Shown: one piece after another, positions 17,189-25,609 of the stretch
Position numbering within the stretch: position 1 is the first letter of the stretch
Layout of the letters: every line of letters starts with the position of its first letter
Assembly (NCBI GenBank): GCA_025463285.1
Contig: JAOBWI010000003.1
Span: forward strand, 2,720-66,719
Source of the DNA: Acidimicrobiaceae bacterium
GTDB lineage: Bacteria; Actinomycetota; Acidimicrobiia; Acidimicrobiales; RAAP-2
Reading direction: 5' to 3'
Length of the DNA: 64,000 nucleotides
Translations under genes and position numbers: made by a program
Notes under the pieces: generated by a model
What the model was told of the DNA's origin: nothing
What the model saw: only the letters and a program-made list of their open reading frames with translations
The model's database searches: none

Positions 17189-18169
17189 TTAGTCCACCAA
17201 ATAGTCGAGCAGCGCCGCGCGAATCGCTGGCCGACTTCCGAACGTCAAGAGCAACGTCGCCTCGCGAGCCGTTCGTTCCGCGACGTCACCGTGCAGCACG
17301 GACGAACTCCCGCGATAGGTGCATAGCGTGCTAGCCGCTCGCGCGGCGAGCTCCGAGGCTCGAGCGCGCGCTTGAGGCATCGACCGCGCTCCCGCGTGGT
17401 TCAAAAAGTCGCGCGCCTCACTAAGTTCGACGTCGAGCTTTGACTCACCCATCAGCGCGCAACACCGGCGCGTGACCCCGAGAGCCAATGAGCCATTGAG
17501 ACGGAGTCCAGGGCCTGTTTCGCGAGCCGGGTCGTACGCGACCTGGGACACCACGTGATCGGTATCGACCGCGAGGGAGTCGAAAGAGAGCGCTACCGTC
17601 GACGTGGCGTTGATCGCCGCCATATCGTGACGCGTGGCGCTCAGTCCGGGCTGCTCGCGTGGCTGTACCAGCACGTTGACCACCGTGCCGCCGGGACCTC
17701 GCGCGGCCACGAACAGTTGATCCACCATCCCCCAACCACTCACCCACGGCGCCGTGCCGTCGAGCGACCACCCCTCGGGCGTCGGCGTCGCCCTCAGTCG
17801 AGGCGGGCCGGGCAGTAGGCCAGCCAAGGCAACACCGCCCTTAATCTCTCCTCGAATCACGCGGTCCTTCAGGGTTGCCAGCAACTCGCTGGCGCTAGGG
17901 TCCAAAACCGCCGCCAGAAGTCGCAGGTGCTGGATCCAGACGAAGGTCGAGGCGAGACAGGCCCCCGCTAACTCTTCGACGATGTCGCACAGTTCGCCCG
18001 GATCGCAGCCCAGGCCACCCTCTGACACGGGTGCGAACGCACCATACAGTCCGAGGTCGGCCAAAAGGTCGAGGTGATCGGGAGGCAGGGTCCCTGCTCG
18101 ATCGACGTCGGCCGCGTCGTGCGCGAAGCGCTCTATGACGTTCGCCACGTCGTGATCAAAGTCATTCAC
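17189..18169 (-). CDS. acyl-CoA dehydrogenase family protein (short form)
   Basis: 326 aa with an ACAD-like N-terminal and middle region (LLADLGLYGAF..., ACLASTFVWIQH). Confidence 0.65.
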   Translation of the reverse strand: MNDFDHDVANVIERFAHDAADVDRAGTLPPDHLDLLADLGLYGAFAPVSEGGLGCDPGELCDIVEELAGACLASTFVWIQHLRLLAAVLDPSASELLATLKDRVIRGEIKGGVALAGLLPGPPRLRATPTPEGWSLDGTAPWVSGWGMVDQLFVAARGPGGTVVNVLVQPREQPGLSATRHDMAAINATSTVALSFDSLAVDTDHVVSQVAYDPARETGPGLRLNGSLALGVTRRCCALMGESKLDVELSEARDFLNHAGARSMPQARARASELAARAASTLCTYRGSSSVLHGDVAERTAREATLLLTFGSRPAIRAALLDYLVD

Positions 18170-18277
18170 GTTCAGCCTCGGATTCGCACACGCTCACAGT
18201 GTGCACGATAGGCATTGTGCTCAGGGTCTGTTTCGACGCATGATGGAGAGACGACGCGACCCCTCTCTACGACGTCC

Positions 18278-19120
18278 TTAGGCCAGCGCCGCGGTATCGA
18301 ACGCCACATCCGTGTCGTTGAGCGACACCACCTTGAGGGGCGCCACCGAGTGGTGCGACTCTTTCGTCAGACGTACGACGGTGCCCCAGACGGCGAACCC
18401 CACGGCGTGCCCGGCGAAGCGCATGGGGCCTTCGACCAATTTCACTTCAACCACGCCGTCACCCTTTAAGGCAATGGCGTCCCTCTGCATGCGTTCCATT
18501 GCCGTCTCTCGAGCCGAGTACATCGCCTCGGTGTAGTTCGTCAGCTCTACGTTCTGCGACTTCTGCTGTAACGCGGTCCCCACGTTGCGCCGGGGCGCGT
18601 AGACAAAACTCGCTCCCGAGGCCAGCCCCAGAGGTTGCCAGCCGGCCACCATCAAGAGCGTAAAGTCGCGCGCGGAGAGATCCGAGACAAAGACCCCGCT
18701 GGCGTCCACCGGTTTCGCCCCGACGGGACGAACGGCGGTGCCAAGAAGCGAGATCTCGATGTGAGTCGAGTACACCTGGCGCTCCACGTGCACGCCGACG
18801 ACACCGTGAGCGCCGACCTTGGCGGCTTCGTTATGCAGTCGCTGACTGGCGCTGACAAACGCCCGTTGGTGCGCTTCCCCGGCCATGACGATCTCGCCTT
18901 GGCCCCAGTTCCATAAGCCGGCGGGCGTCGAAAAGACTGAGAGGCCACTCACCAGTTCCACCGGCTCCCAGCCAATGGAGTGAAGATTCAACTCTTCATC
19001 GATCGAGAGATCTGACGTGCCTGCACCGGTCGTGGGTGGCTTCTCCGCCAGAAAGGCGTTCGCTCGACGGACCTCCGCCTTGACATCAAGCGAACTGCTC
19101 GTCGCCTCGAGCCCACTCAC
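18278..19120 (-). CDS. tandem YbjQ/UPF0145 (DUF74) domain protein, paralogue 3
   Basis: I prefer the GTG at 19120, which forms GTGA with the upstream stop; the ORF track start at 19234 would overlap 118 nt. Two repeats: KVGAHGVVGVHVE...LLGTAV and LKGDGVVEVKL...VWGTVV. Confidence 0.75.
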   Translation of the reverse strand: MSGLEATSSSLDVKAEVRRANAFLAEKPPTTGAGTSDLSIDEELNLHSIGWEPVELVSGLSVFSTPAGLWNWGQGEIVMAGEAHQRAFVSASQRLHNEAAKVGAHGVVGVHVERQVYSTHIEISLLGTAVRPVGAKPVDASGVFVSDLSARDFTLLMVAGWQPLGLASGASFVYAPRRNVGTALQQKSQNVELTNYTEAMYSARETAMERMQRDAIALKGDGVVEVKLVEGPMRFAGHAVGFAVWGTVVRLTKESHHSVAPLKVVSLNDTDVAFDTAALA

Positions 19121-20004
19121 GAGAGCCTCACGGTCGCTCGGGGTACAGGCAAGGGATCGAAGTTCTTGAATCGCCGAACCCGGTTGCCACGAAGGACCGC
19201 CTGAAACTCGTAGTCCCCTCTCTCGAACTCCCATTCACCGAGTTCAAGGTTGGCGCCGCGCAGCGAGTCGCTCCCCAACTGGGCGCGAACGTTGGAGCGA
19301 GCGATGAAACGAGCCTGCGACTTCGCAGAAACGATTTGGTCAATCTCTTGGGGACCAGAACTATTGCGCAGCATGGTGCCCGCCCCGCCCATCAGAAACT
19401 CCGTCGTGCAGTAAGCCCACACGCGAATGGACGAGATCGAGGCGATAATCGAAACCGGCACGAGCCCGGCTTCGAAGAGCTTGGAGAGCCGTTGGCCCGC
19501 CAAATACGTGCTCCAAGGCGGCGTCGTGGGCGCGGGCGCGTCCAGTACCTTGACCGCGGTACCGACCATGTGAAACTCCAGCACCTTCGCGTCAGTGAGG
19601 CGAGTCACCGTATCCACCACTCCGACTACGCCGTGCGCTCCGAGTTCGCCCGCCTCTTCGAGCATGCGACTGAACGAACTAGTAAATCCTTGCATCCACG
19701 CGGTCTCCACCCACGTTTGTTCATAGTTTTGGCCCCACGTGCGATGTTCGTTCGAGATCATCCCGTGAGAACACTGGTAGTTCTGCACGTACCCGCCCGC
19801 TGACCCTCCGTAGGGAGAGAGCGAGCGAGAGAGTCCGCCCATCATGTAGGAGCCCTGTTGCATGGCGCAGAATCCTTGCACCAAACCAACCGGCTCCAGT
19901 CCCATCTCTAAACAGGCCGCGAAGTCAGAGACGCCAAGCGCCGAGGAGAACGCCCCCTCGGAGAGTCGTCGCTGCGCCGCTTCGGGCAGGTCCGTCGGCG
20001 CCAT
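19117..20004 (-). CDS. tandem YbjQ/UPF0145 (DUF74) domain protein, paralogue 2 (second half diverged)
   Basis: First half: ELGAHGVVGVVDTV...FHMVGTAV. The second half is recognisable only weakly. The ATG shares 1 nt with the upstream stop (TGATG). Confidence 0.7.
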   Translation of the reverse strand: MAPTDLPEAAQRRLSEGAFSSALGVSDFAACLEMGLEPVGLVQGFCAMQQGSYMMGGLSRSLSPYGGSAGGYVQNYQCSHGMISNEHRTWGQNYEQTWVETAWMQGFTSSFSRMLEEAGELGAHGVVGVVDTVTRLTDAKVLEFHMVGTAVKVLDAPAPTTPPWSTYLAGQRLSKLFEAGLVPVSIIASISSIRVWAYCTTEFLMGGAGTMLRNSSGPQEIDQIVSAKSQARFIARSNVRAQLGSDSLRGANLELGEWEFERGDYEFQAVLRGNRVRRFKNFDPLPVPRATVRLS

Positions 20005-20801
20005 CAGCCATCCAGCGTAATGATGGTCACGGGCTTGGCCAGGGTCACGTCACCGGAGGTCTTCAGCACGGCGGTGCCGAGGGAGAGGAACTCAATGGTG
20101 TGCGAGCCCCACTGGTGCGACTTCTCTTCGAGTCGCACCCCGACGATGCCGGTAGCTCCCAGTTGCGTCGCCTCGTCTTGCATCCTCGTCATAGCCAACT
20201 CTCTCGCTTCGTAGAGAGCCTGGGTGAAGTTCGGCAACTCCACGTTCTGGCCCGTTGTACCGAGCGTCTGCCCGATGCCGCGGTGGGCGATGTGGTACAC
20301 GCAGGTCCCCATGACGAGCCCCTGGGGGAAGTAACCGGTTTGCAGCAACGTCCAAAAGTCCTGTCCGGAGAGGTCCGACGTGAAGGGCTTGCCGAGCTTA
20401 TTGAGTCGCGAGACTCCGTCTTCGGCGGTGACAGCAGTACCTACCGCGATGAACTCCGCCGCGTCCTTGCCCCAGTCGTAGTAGTTGACGGTGAGGCGAA
20501 CACCCACCACGCCGTCGGCGCCTAGTTCCGCGGCCTCTTCTTCCATGCGGGTCATGGCCAGTTCGCGCGCGTTGTACATCGCCTCAGTCAGTTTGGTCAG
20601 CTCAAGACTCTGACCCCACTTTCGAGTCTGAATACCCGTGTGGTAGATCGACGAACCCATGACGAAGCCGACGGGATGAAAACCGACCTCCTTAATAAGC
20701 AGAAACTCATTCACGGACAGATCCGAGGTGAAAAGACCTTTCTCCAACTCTTCTAGTCGGTGTCCCGTCGCCTGGGGTAAGTCGCTCGTTACATCGCTCA
20801 C
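20004..20801 (-). CDS. tandem YbjQ/UPF0145 (DUF74) domain protein, paralogue 1
   Basis: Clear internal duplication: FTSDLSVNEF...ELGADGVVGVRL...FIAVGTAV and FTSDLSGQDF...QLGATGIVGVRL...FLSLGTAV. The GTG start overlaps the upstream stop (GTGA). Confidence 0.85.
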   Translation of the reverse strand: MSDVTSDLPQATGHRLEELEKGLFTSDLSVNEFLLIKEVGFHPVGFVMGSSIYHTGIQTRKWGQSLELTKLTEAMYNARELAMTRMEEEAAELGADGVVGVRLTVNYYDWGKDAAEFIAVGTAVTAEDGVSRLNKLGKPFTSDLSGQDFWTLLQTGYFPQGLVMGTCVYHIAHRGIGQTLGTTGQNVELPNFTQALYEARELAMTRMQDEATQLGATGIVGVRLEEKSHQWGSHTIEFLSLGTAVLKTSGDVTLAKPVTIITLDG

Positions 20802-21199
20802 GTAGTGCCTCCAATGACAATATTTTCAAGGGCCAGCCGCGCCGCGTCACTGTGGGCGGCCTCGTCGCGCAGCGCTTCGAGAAGTTTGAGTAGCCAGACG
20901 TTGACGTCGAGAGTCTCGCTGCGAATACGAATTCCGCCCGAGACATGCCCGAGCGTGCAGCGTAGAGTGGCGCCTTCCAGGCTGGCCTCGAAGAGGTTGT
21001 TGGCCAGGGCGATCTGAAGCGAAGAGATCTCCTCCGATTTTCGAAATCGGCCACCGCCGTGTTGACTTTTGAGCCGATCACCCAAAGTGTCAGACAGTTC
21101 CTCACTGAGTGTCCTAAGAAGCAGCCGTAGATCTGAACTGTTCGAACGCAGCGCCGCGGCCGCCATGTTGAGATCGTAGGAATCGTCCATGAAGGTCAC
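20798..21199 (-). CDS. hypothetical 133-aa protein, first gene of the YbjQ-repeat operon
   Basis: The GTG at 21199 lies 6 nt after AAGGTGG. No recognisable motif, no TM segment and no signal peptide. Confidence 0.6.
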   Translation of the reverse strand: MTFMDDSYDLNMAAAALRSNSSDLRLLLRTLSEELSDTLGDRLKSQHGGGRFRKSEEISSLQIALANNLFEASLEGATLRCTLGHVSGGIRIRSETLDVNVWLLKLLEALRDEAAHSDAARLALENIVIGGTT

Positions 21200-21329
21200 T
21201 GGAGGCCACCTTAGTTCCGGCGGTTTCGGTCACTTCGTGCACCACGATGTCGTGACAGAGTCGGAAATTATCGTCGTGTGGGCGTTGGCTTAATGACTCA
21301 CCCGGTGCGTACCCTGCGGGCGAGTTGCC

Positions 21330-22076
21330 CTAGATCAATCCGCCGTTGGCGTAGAGGACCTGTCCATTGATCCAGCGCGCGGGCCCCGCGAGAAACGATA
21401 CGACGTCCGCGATGTCCTCGGGCCGGCCGAGTCGACCGAGCGCGGTCATGTGGGCCAGTCTCTCGACGGACGTTTGATCGTTACTGGCCAGAAAGAGAGA
21501 AGTCGCGGTGGGGCCGGGGGCGACGGTGTTGACGGTGATGTCGCGACCGCTCAACTCCTTGGCCAGGATCATAGTGATCACGTCGACCGCGCCCTTTGAC
21601 GCCGAGTAGGCGCTGTACGTCGGCACGGCGCGTTGGGTCACCGAGGTTGAGAAGTTGATGATCGCGCCACCGTCGCGTACCTTACGCACGGCCTGTTGGT
21701 CAACCACGAAGGTTCCGCGCACGTTGGTGCGAATGATCCGGTCGAGTTCGTCTAGGTCGAGGTCGGCCAGCGTTGAGAGTGACATGATTCCCGCAGTGTG
21801 GGCCACCACGTCAACGCCGCCGAAGTGCTGGGCCGCCTCGTGGAAAAGAGAGGACATGTCAGCTTCATCGGCGACGTCGCCGCCGATGGCCACGGCCACG
21901 CCTCCGGCGCCCGTGATCCGTTCCACGACCTCGTCGGCCTTTGCGCGATTACTGGAGTAATGCACCACCACGCTCAATCCGTCGCGGCCCAGTCGTTCGG
22001 CCACGGCTCGCCCGATCCCGCCCGATCCACCGGTCACGATGGCCACCCTTGGCCCTTGCGAGATTGACGCTGACAT
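21330..22076 (-). CDS. SDR family oxidoreductase
   Basis: I prefer the ATG at 22076 (MSASISQG...). Cofactor motif TGGSGGIGRA and catalytic YSASK. Confidence 0.9.
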   Translation of the reverse strand: MSASISQGPRVAIVTGGSGGIGRAVAERLGRDGLSVVVHYSSNRAKADEVVERITGAGGVAVAIGGDVADEADMSSLFHEAAQHFGGVDVVAHTAGIMSLSTLADLDLDELDRIIRTNVRGTFVVDQQAVRKVRDGGAIINFSTSVTQRAVPTYSAYSASKGAVDVITMILAKELSGRDITVNTVAPGPTATSLFLASNDQTSVERLAHMTALGRLGRPEDIADVVSFLAGPARWINGQVLYANGGLI

Positions 22077-22329
22077 ATCGGTACTCCTTTCACCGGCGGT
22101 GCTGATCCCGGTACGAATGTACGCGAACACGACGCTCTCGTCCGTTCGAGACGGCCAACGTCTGGCTGCAGCTTTTCAAACGTAGCGCTGTTGGCCGCGA
22201 CGCCCCACGACGGCCCGTGAGGTCAGCCGTCAACGTCGAGAGGGATTGGTGAATCCGGCGCGCACGACGCCTTCACCCCTCGGTTATCGTTCGCAGCGGG
22301 AGCGACGTTTCGCCTCAATAGGGGGACCT

Positions 22330-23205
22330 ATGACCACCACTGTCAGCATGAAAACAACGATCGCCGTGCTTGGCGTCGGGCGGATGGGTTCGCCAATGGC
22401 CACCCGACTGATCGGAGCGGGCTTCAAAGTGCGGCTCTGGAATCGGTCTTTCGAGTCGCTCGCTCCCCTCATCGAACGAGGAGCTCACGCGGCAGAGTCG
22501 CCTTCGGACGCGGCGCACGGCGCGGACGTGGTGTTGACCATGTTGCCGGACGGCGCCGTCGTGCGCAACGTCATGGAGGGGACCCACGGCGCGCTCGCCA
22601 CCATGGGCCCTGGCGCCGTCTGGCTCCAAATGAGCTCGGTCGGCGTGGAGTGGGCCGAGATGCTCAAAGTGTTGGCCGACGCACACGGTGTTACCTACGT
22701 CGACGCTCCCGTATCCGGCAGCATCGGGCCCGCGAAAGATGGAACCTTGATCGTGCTGGCTAGCGGGCCTGACGACGCGCACGAGCGCGTCGCTCCCGTC
22801 TTCGAGGCCCTGGGGAGTGAGACGGTCTGGCTGGGGCCCGCGGGTGCTGGTTCTCGCGCAAAATTGGTGCTCAACAACTGGCTCGTCGACCTGGTCGAGT
22901 CGACCGCCGAAACGCTCCACTTCGCTCAAGGTCTCGGGCTCGATCCGAACGTCATCGTCAGGCTCCTCAACGACGCTCCGATCGGCTCGCCTTACGCCGT
23001 GGCGAAGGCGCGAAGCATGCTCGCTGGCGACTTCACCGCTAATTTCGCTCTCAGACTCGCGTTGAAGGACGCAAAACTTTCGCTCGAGGCGGCGAAGTCG
23101 GCGAACATCGATCTACGGCTCACGGACAGCCTCGTGGGGTCGTGGCAGCGCGCCGTTGACGCCGGACGAGGCGACGAGGACGTCTCGACGGTGTATCGCA
23201 AATGA
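22330..23205 (+). CDS. NAD(P)-dependent oxidoreductase, 3-hydroxyisobutyrate/6-phosphogluconate dehydrogenase-like
   Basis: I prefer the ATG at 22330. Rossmann motif IAVLGVGRMGSPMA and the conserved DAPVSG segment. Confidence 0.85.
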   Translation: MTTTVSMKTTIAVLGVGRMGSPMATRLIGAGFKVRLWNRSFESLAPLIERGAHAAESPSDAAHGADVVLTMLPDGAVVRNVMEGTHGALATMGPGAVWLQMSSVGVEWAEMLKVLADAHGVTYVDAPVSGSIGPAKDGTLIVLASGPDDAHERVAPVFEALGSETVWLGPAGAGSRAKLVLNNWLVDLVESTAETLHFAQGLGLDPNVIVRLLNDAPIGSPYAVAKARSMLAGDFTANFALRLALKDAKLSLEAAKSANIDLRLTDSLVGSWQRAVDAGRGDEDVSTVYRK

Positions 23206-23237
23206 CGCGACAGGCTCCTCGCGGGAGTGACGAGTCG

Positions 23238-23265
23238 GGCGGCCCGTGATTCGGGCAAGGCCGCC
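23238..23265 (+). terminator. 7-bp GC stem hairpin downstream of the dehydrogenase gene
   Basis: GGCGGCC (23238-23244) pairs with GGCCGCC (23259-23265). It starts 33 nt after the stop. No U-tract. Confidence 0.35.
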
Positions 23266-23588
23266 AACCTTCGCGGCCTCGCCGCGGTGAGAGTCAGGCT
23301 CAGGAGGCAAGAGCCATTAGAGACCGCTGGTCGTCGCGGTCTCGGCCACTTCGTCGGCACCGTCAAGATCTCGGCCCTAGCAAAGGGCACACGTCGTCCG
23401 GGTTTCATCAACTCCCGTCGCTCGGAGAACTCCCGACTCGGGCCTTATCCTGATTAGGCGGGAACGAAAGTGCGGTTCCTAGAGCCGTAGGCGCCGGGTC
23501 TTTCGGGTACGACATCACTTAGTCTCACAAGCAGGGACCGCATCGCATCGCTTCACGATTCGACGCGATCAAGTAGAAGAAGGCACGG

Positions 23589-23963
23589 ATGAAAGCGAAA
23601 GATCTACTCAGCAGGGTCAGCGACAATCTCTCGGTCGGACGCTCCTTTGGCTCCGCCTACGAGAAGGATGGTCTATACGTGATTCCCGTGGCCTTCGTCG
23701 CCGGGGGCTGCGGAGGTGGCGAAGGTCCCACTGGGACCTCGTCGAGCGACACCGACGATGACGACACCGTCGAAGAGTCCCCGCACGGTTCGGGCGCGGG
23801 ATTCGGCGGCGTCGTCTTTCCCGTGGGCGCCTACGTCGTGAAAGATGACGACGTACGGTGGGTGCCCGCGATCAACGTAACGCTGCTCGCCCTCGTCGGT
23901 CTCGGCGTCTTTCGATTCCTCGTGAAGTCGTCGATGAAGGCGCGTACTCACCGACGGGGCTAG
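23589..23963 (+). CDS. GerW/YtfJ-family (sporulation-protein-like) protein with C-terminal TM helix
   Basis: The N-terminus LSVGRSFGSAYEKDGLYVIPVAFVAGG, a Gly/acidic insert, and then GAGFGGVVFPVGAYVV match my memory of the GerW/YtfJ pattern. Confidence 0.65.
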   Translation: MKAKDLLSRVSDNLSVGRSFGSAYEKDGLYVIPVAFVAGGCGGGEGPTGTSSSDTDDDDTVEESPHGSGAGFGGVVFPVGAYVVKDDDVRWVPAINVTLLALVGLGVFRFLVKSSMKARTHRRG

Positions 23964-23970
23964 CGAGGCT

Positions 23971-24678
23971 TCACGCCGGGCTTGGTTTCGCCTCACGGGG
24001 ATCAGGTCGACCAACGTTCCAGTGTCGTCCTACGGTGGCCATCCAACCTCCGTCGCCCCGGGGAATCAGCAGAAACCGCGAGATCATTCTCTGTCCCCCC
24101 AAGTGGTCGCCGTAGAGGAGGTCGACCACCAAACGCTGGCGCGCGAGAACCAACTCTCGTAGTTGGCCGAACTCAGGATCGGCGGGGTCACGGTAGGCGC
24201 ACTGCCAGAACGAAACATCCCCGGAGGCCACGTAGAGATCCCTGCTGAGACGTCGAAACTTGTCCACCGGCGGGCGCGTGAAGTGGCTGGGTTCGTCAAC
24301 AGTCTCAAAGTGCCAGCCGTCGAGAACAGCTATGCCGCTTCCCACGTTGCGAAGGGACATGGTGAAGAAGAGAACGCTGTCGGTGACCTCCGCGGTGGCA
24401 CCTCCTCCGGGCGTTACCACGTAGTGGCTGTCGACAAACGTGACCTTGACCGGTGCGTCTTCGGGACGAGAGGGCATCAAGAGTGGACGCATCCCCGCGA
24501 GGAGCGACTCTTCGGCAATGCGAGCGGAGCGATTTCCCGAACGAACCGAGGCAAAGGTCGCGCCCGCCAGCACCAAGGTTCCTCCCGCCGTGGCGAGCGA
24601 AGAAATTACGACCCAGTTAGCCATCGCCACATAGTAGAAGTCGCTTCTCGTGGCCGCCCGGGAACAATGCTCCATCAA
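23971..24678 (-). CDS. hypothetical membrane-anchored protein (single N-terminal TM plus beta-rich domain)
   Basis: 235-aa ORF with an alternative ATG at 24624 (MANWVVISSLATAGGTLVLAGA...). No family recognised. Convergent with the GerW-like gene across a 7-bp gap. Confidence 0.5.
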   Translation of the reverse strand: MMEHCSRAATRSDFYYVAMANWVVISSLATAGGTLVLAGATFASVRSGNRSARIAEESLLAGMRPLLMPSRPEDAPVKVTFVDSHYVVTPGGGATAEVTDSVLFFTMSLRNVGSGIAVLDGWHFETVDEPSHFTRPPVDKFRRLSRDLYVASGDVSFWQCAYRDPADPEFGQLRELVLARQRLVVDLLYGDHLGGQRMISRFLLIPRGDGGWMATVGRHWNVGRPDPREAKPSPA

Positions 24679-24728
24679 CTTTCGGTTGATATCACTATTT
24701 TCGCGGTCCCCGACCTAGCCTGGCCAGG

Positions 24729-25031
24729 ATGAGACTCGACGTGTATCGCAGTTGCTCGCGCCAAGAAAAGGTCCAGGTGCTGGAGGCCTTTTGGCGATCC
24801 CATGTGAAATCGTCAGATCGCATTCACCTGGCTGCTGTTCAGTATGGCCCGTACGCCGTCATCTGCCTCGTGGCCGTGGCTGTCGAACTGGCCGTGATCA
24901 TCGCACTGGCCCTGAGCCGAGCCATCGTCATTGGACTCATCGCCATTCTTTTGGAGGTGGTCGCGGTCACCTCGCTGTGGTGGGCACTGGTGCGAACGCG
25001 CGCTGTCCGCCGCGACTTCACTCTGAATTAG
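24729..25031 (+). CDS. hypothetical small two-TM membrane protein
   Basis: 100-aa ORF with two hydrophobic helices (YAVICLVAVAVELAVIIALAL and IGLIAILLEVVAVTSLWWAL). An alternative-frame ORF at 24752-25054 is Arg/Gly-rich. Confidence 0.4.
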   Translation: MRLDVYRSCSRQEKVQVLEAFWRSHVKSSDRIHLAAVQYGPYAVICLVAVAVELAVIIALALSRAIVIGLIAILLEVVAVTSLWWALVRTRAVRRDFTLN

Positions 25032-25032
25032 A

Positions 25033-25533
25033 TCAGTGGCTCGTTGGCGAGTGAACGGAGGACTTGTTCGCCGCCGCAGCGACGTTCTGGCCGTCAATGG
25101 CCTTGCGAAGCAAGTGCGTGAGCGTGGCTCGTTCATCTTCATTCAGCGCGCCGAGAATTTCATCTTCCAAAGTCTGCTGTGCCGCTTCTGCGCGATGAAG
25201 AGCTTTTCTTCCTTCGTCGGTCATCGAGACGAGGTGGCGACGACGGTCCGTGGGATCGCGACGCCGCTCCACCAGATCGGACGACTCTAGGTCGTTCAGT
25301 AACAGCACGCAGTAGTTCGCGTCGATGCACAGTCCATCAACGAGAGCCTGCTGGGGGACCTCGTCATAGTCGCGCAGGTACGACAGCGCGCCCAACTCCT
25401 TGAGGGTCTGGCCAAGCAGCTCGGGCGTGCTCCGTCGATTGATCAGCCGGGAGAGTTGCGTGAGCAACAGGATCGGTCCGGTGGACAGATTTTCATCCAT
25501 CAAACGTAATGGTAGTGAGGCGTCGATATTCAT
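25033..25533 (-). CDS. MarR family transcriptional regulator
   Basis: 166-aa ORF with a winged-helix region (DLVERRRDPTDRRRHLVSMTDEGRKAL). Divergent from the MFS gene. Confidence 0.8.
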   Translation of the reverse strand: MNIDASLPLRLMDENLSTGPILLLTQLSRLINRRSTPELLGQTLKELGALSYLRDYDEVPQQALVDGLCIDANYCVLLLNDLESSDLVERRRDPTDRRRHLVSMTDEGRKALHRAEAAQQTLEDEILGALNEDERATLTHLLRKAIDGQNVAAAANKSSVHSPTSH

Positions 25534-25609
25534 GCTATCGTGATTATATTACTTCCACGATCATAATGATTCGTTGAGAAGTTCTTCCACCTACTCACGG
25601 AGGTCCGTC
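25534..25609. promoter_or_regulatory. AT-rich divergent MarR/MFS control region with short inverted repeats
   Basis: ATCAT-A-ATGAT at 25560-25570, TCGTG-N13-CACGA at 25537-25559, and CTTCCAC twice (25552-25558 and 25584-25590). The operator assignment is inference. Confidence 0.3.

Noticed and set aside
22992-23411. 139-aa minus-strand ORF spanning the end of the dehydrogenase gene and the long intergenic region
   Set aside because: Arg/Ser/Ala/Pro-rich with no motif or RBS. It partly overlaps a confident CDS on the other strand.
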